Source: Alloascoidea hylecoeti (lineage: Eukaryota). Taken from it: a stretch of DNA of 64,000 nt. The position numbers and the translations under genes were made by a program. The notes beneath the pieces are model-generated. The model was given only the letters and a program-made list of their open reading frames with translations, did no database searches and was not told where the DNA came from. The stretch lies in the NCBI GenBank assembly GCA_001600815.1, contig BCKZ01000022.1:152982-216981 (forward strand), read 5' to 3'. Within the stretch, counting starts at the first letter, position 1, and the number at the start of each line of letters is the position of its first letter. This document shows, piece after piece, positions 61,685-64,000 of this stretch.

Positions 61685-61893
61685 GAATATATATAAATAA
61701 ATTGATATTTATAAACAAAGAAAAGGTTTCAACGAAATATCAGATCTTTTCAACTTTTTCAAGGTTTCAAAATGATTCATTCTGACAGAGAAAATGTGTG
61801 GATGTTTGATGATCATGTGACCATATCAAACCTTCGTTTCTTCCTTTAAATTTCATCAAATGAGTAAATATTGGGTTTATAAGTTAAGTACCA

Positions 61894-64000
61894 ATGTAAG
61901 TCTTTTTATATCATTATTTTAACAAAATAAACTGATTTTAATAATAAATTTTTTAGGTCTTCAATTGATAAGGTATGTCCTATCTTCTATTCATATCAAA
62001 AAATGGAAATATAGGGATGGAGTTTAACATGCATATGTAGTTATCAATTCAAGGTATCAGATCTTTTGATAACCGTGTCAAAGAAGCCATCGAGTTTGGT
62101 ACTCCGTTAACTTTGATCGTTGGTCAGAATGGTTCTGGTAAAACTGTAAGTGACCCAGAAATCATCATTTAAAGGGGTGACTATTAAGTTAAACTGTTAT
62201 AAATTATAGACAATTATCGAATGTTTGAAATATATAACTACTGGTATGCTACCTCCAAATAGTAAAGGTGGTGCTTTTGTACATGATCCAAAGGTAGGTA
62301 TCGAAATTAATGTGCCAATGTACTGGATATGATAATACTAATTGTCATTTATAGATCTGTATGGAAAGAGATGTTAGAGCTCAAGTTAAGCTCGCGTTCA
62401 CAAGTACAACTGGTGTTAAAATTGTGTGTACAAGATCAATGCAATTACAATTGAAAAAGAAAACTCAGACCTTCAAAACTTTAGAAGGTCAATTAATGTC
62501 AATAAATCATGGAGAAAGAGTTTCATTAAATTCACGTACAGCAGAACTTGATGAAAAAATTCCAACATATTTAGGAACATCAAAAGCAGTTTTAGATTAT
62601 GTTGTATTTTGTCATCAAGATGATAGTTTATGGCCTTTAGCAGAACCTGCTGTTTTGAAAAAAAGATTTGATGAATTATTTGAAGCTATGAAATTTTCAA
62701 AAGCTTTAGATGATTTAAAGAAAATTAAAAAAGATATGGTTATTGATATTAAATTATTAACACAATCCGTTAGTTTTTTAAAACAAGATAAAGAAAGAGC
62801 AGATAAAACAAAAGAAAGATCTGAACAATTAATGGAAGAAATTGAACAATATAGGCAAGATGCAAAAGTTATTAAATTAGAAATTGAAAAAGTAACTGCT
62901 GAATCACAACGATTATTTAATTCTGGCAGAGAATTTAATGAAATTTTATCAAGAATTAAATTACTTGAACATGAGCGTAAAACAGGAGAGTCAAATATTC
63001 AGTTAGAACAATCTTTGGTATTAAGGACTGAAAGTGATGAAGAACTAGAATCCATTCTATCAAATTTCGAATCTGAATTAGATTCTAAAAAACGTGATTT
63101 ACAAACACAAAGAAATACTTATGAATCCATGGAAAATGAATTACAATTCATAAGAGATAAACACGGTAGACTGATAGGTGAATCTGGTCAATTAAATGCT
63201 GAAGCAGAAACATATCAAAAAAATTTATCAAAAAGAAAAACATTTATTATCAATAATAGTGATAAATTAAAATTTGAACTTCCCAATGATTATAATAATA
63301 TTAATGATGAACATATTGAAAGTTTTAAATCAACTATTCGTTCAATGATAACCAAATTATCATATGAATTACAACAATTAGTAAAAGATAGTGAAATTGA
63401 ACAATCCAAAATACAATCTGCACTTCAAGAAATAGTAGAAGAAAAACTTCGTAAAGAACAAAAGAAGATATCATGTCAAAATAATACAAATTCTACTAAA
63501 AATGAAATACAACAATTACAACATCAAATCACACAAATTAAATCAGATGAAGGATTAATTGCTTATGAAAAGGCAGCATTACAAAATTTGGAACTTCAAA
63601 TGTCTACTTTAAAGGAAGAATTAACGAAAGATGATATTCCTCATAAAATAACTGAATCATATTCTAAATTATCTAATATTGATTCATCTATAGAAAATCT
63701 ACAAAATGAATTAGCAAAATCAAATAGACAATCTGGGCTTGGGGCAAAATTAGCAATTATCAATGGTGATATTACCAATCGAAAAGCAGCTATTGATGCC
63801 ATGTTATCAAACAATTCAGAAACTTATAAAACTCTAACAGGTGAATCTATTGAATCAGAAACTTTAGAAGATGACTGGAAAAAGTTTTTAGATAAGACTA
63901 ATATTTCATTATCAAAAGCTCAAGATGAGCAAAGAATTATATCATCTAAAGTATCTAGTTTAGAAGCAGAAAAAGAAATGATTTCAAAACAATTAAGCAC
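61894..64000 (+). CDS. RAD50: MRX subunit Rad50, 5' portion (runs off the window); exons 61894..61895, 61957..61972, 62041..62145, 62210..62293, 62355..>64000
   Basis: [15 protein letters not shown]...[16 protein letters not shown]...GGAFVHDPK/...[11 protein letters not shown], then coiled coil; four GT-AG introns. Confidence 0.94.

Noticed and set aside
1..64000. tRNA or rRNA genes
   Set aside because: No cloverleaf with A/B boxes or rRNA-like sequence noticed; a tRNAscan-SE/Infernal run would be needed to exclude them.

Overview
AT-rich, intron-containing budding-yeast (Saccharomycotina-type) chromosomal DNA. Housekeeping genes: DDR48-like repeat protein, SUB2, BDH1, NDE1, a HOL1-like MFS transporter, GSK3/RIM11, ketopantoate reductase, an FLC/TRP-like channel, an AIF/AMID-like oxidoreductase, CBP3, RPA49, JJJ3/DPH4, PMC1, a Pmp3/Sna protein, LOT5, cysteinyl-tRNA synthetase and the 5' part of RAD50. 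Accessory islands lie between them. (1) A truncated Ty1/copia-type element (LTR, tRNA-iMet PBS, gag start) whose gag sequence is folded back into a perfect 70-bp inverted repeat, a candidate LTR-driven hairpin/siRNA trigger. (2) A disrupted ORF resembling a dsRNA-mycovirus (chrysovirus/totivirus-like) protein, directly abutting a second copy of the same LTR family. (3) A 40-44 kb pseudogene island with a PD-(D/E)xK nuclease plus kinase gene (Crinkler/Spok-like architecture) and a WD40 remnant that looks foreign to yeasts. (4) A stand-alone PurE half of ADE2. Family assignments come from motif recognition by eye; no searches were run.
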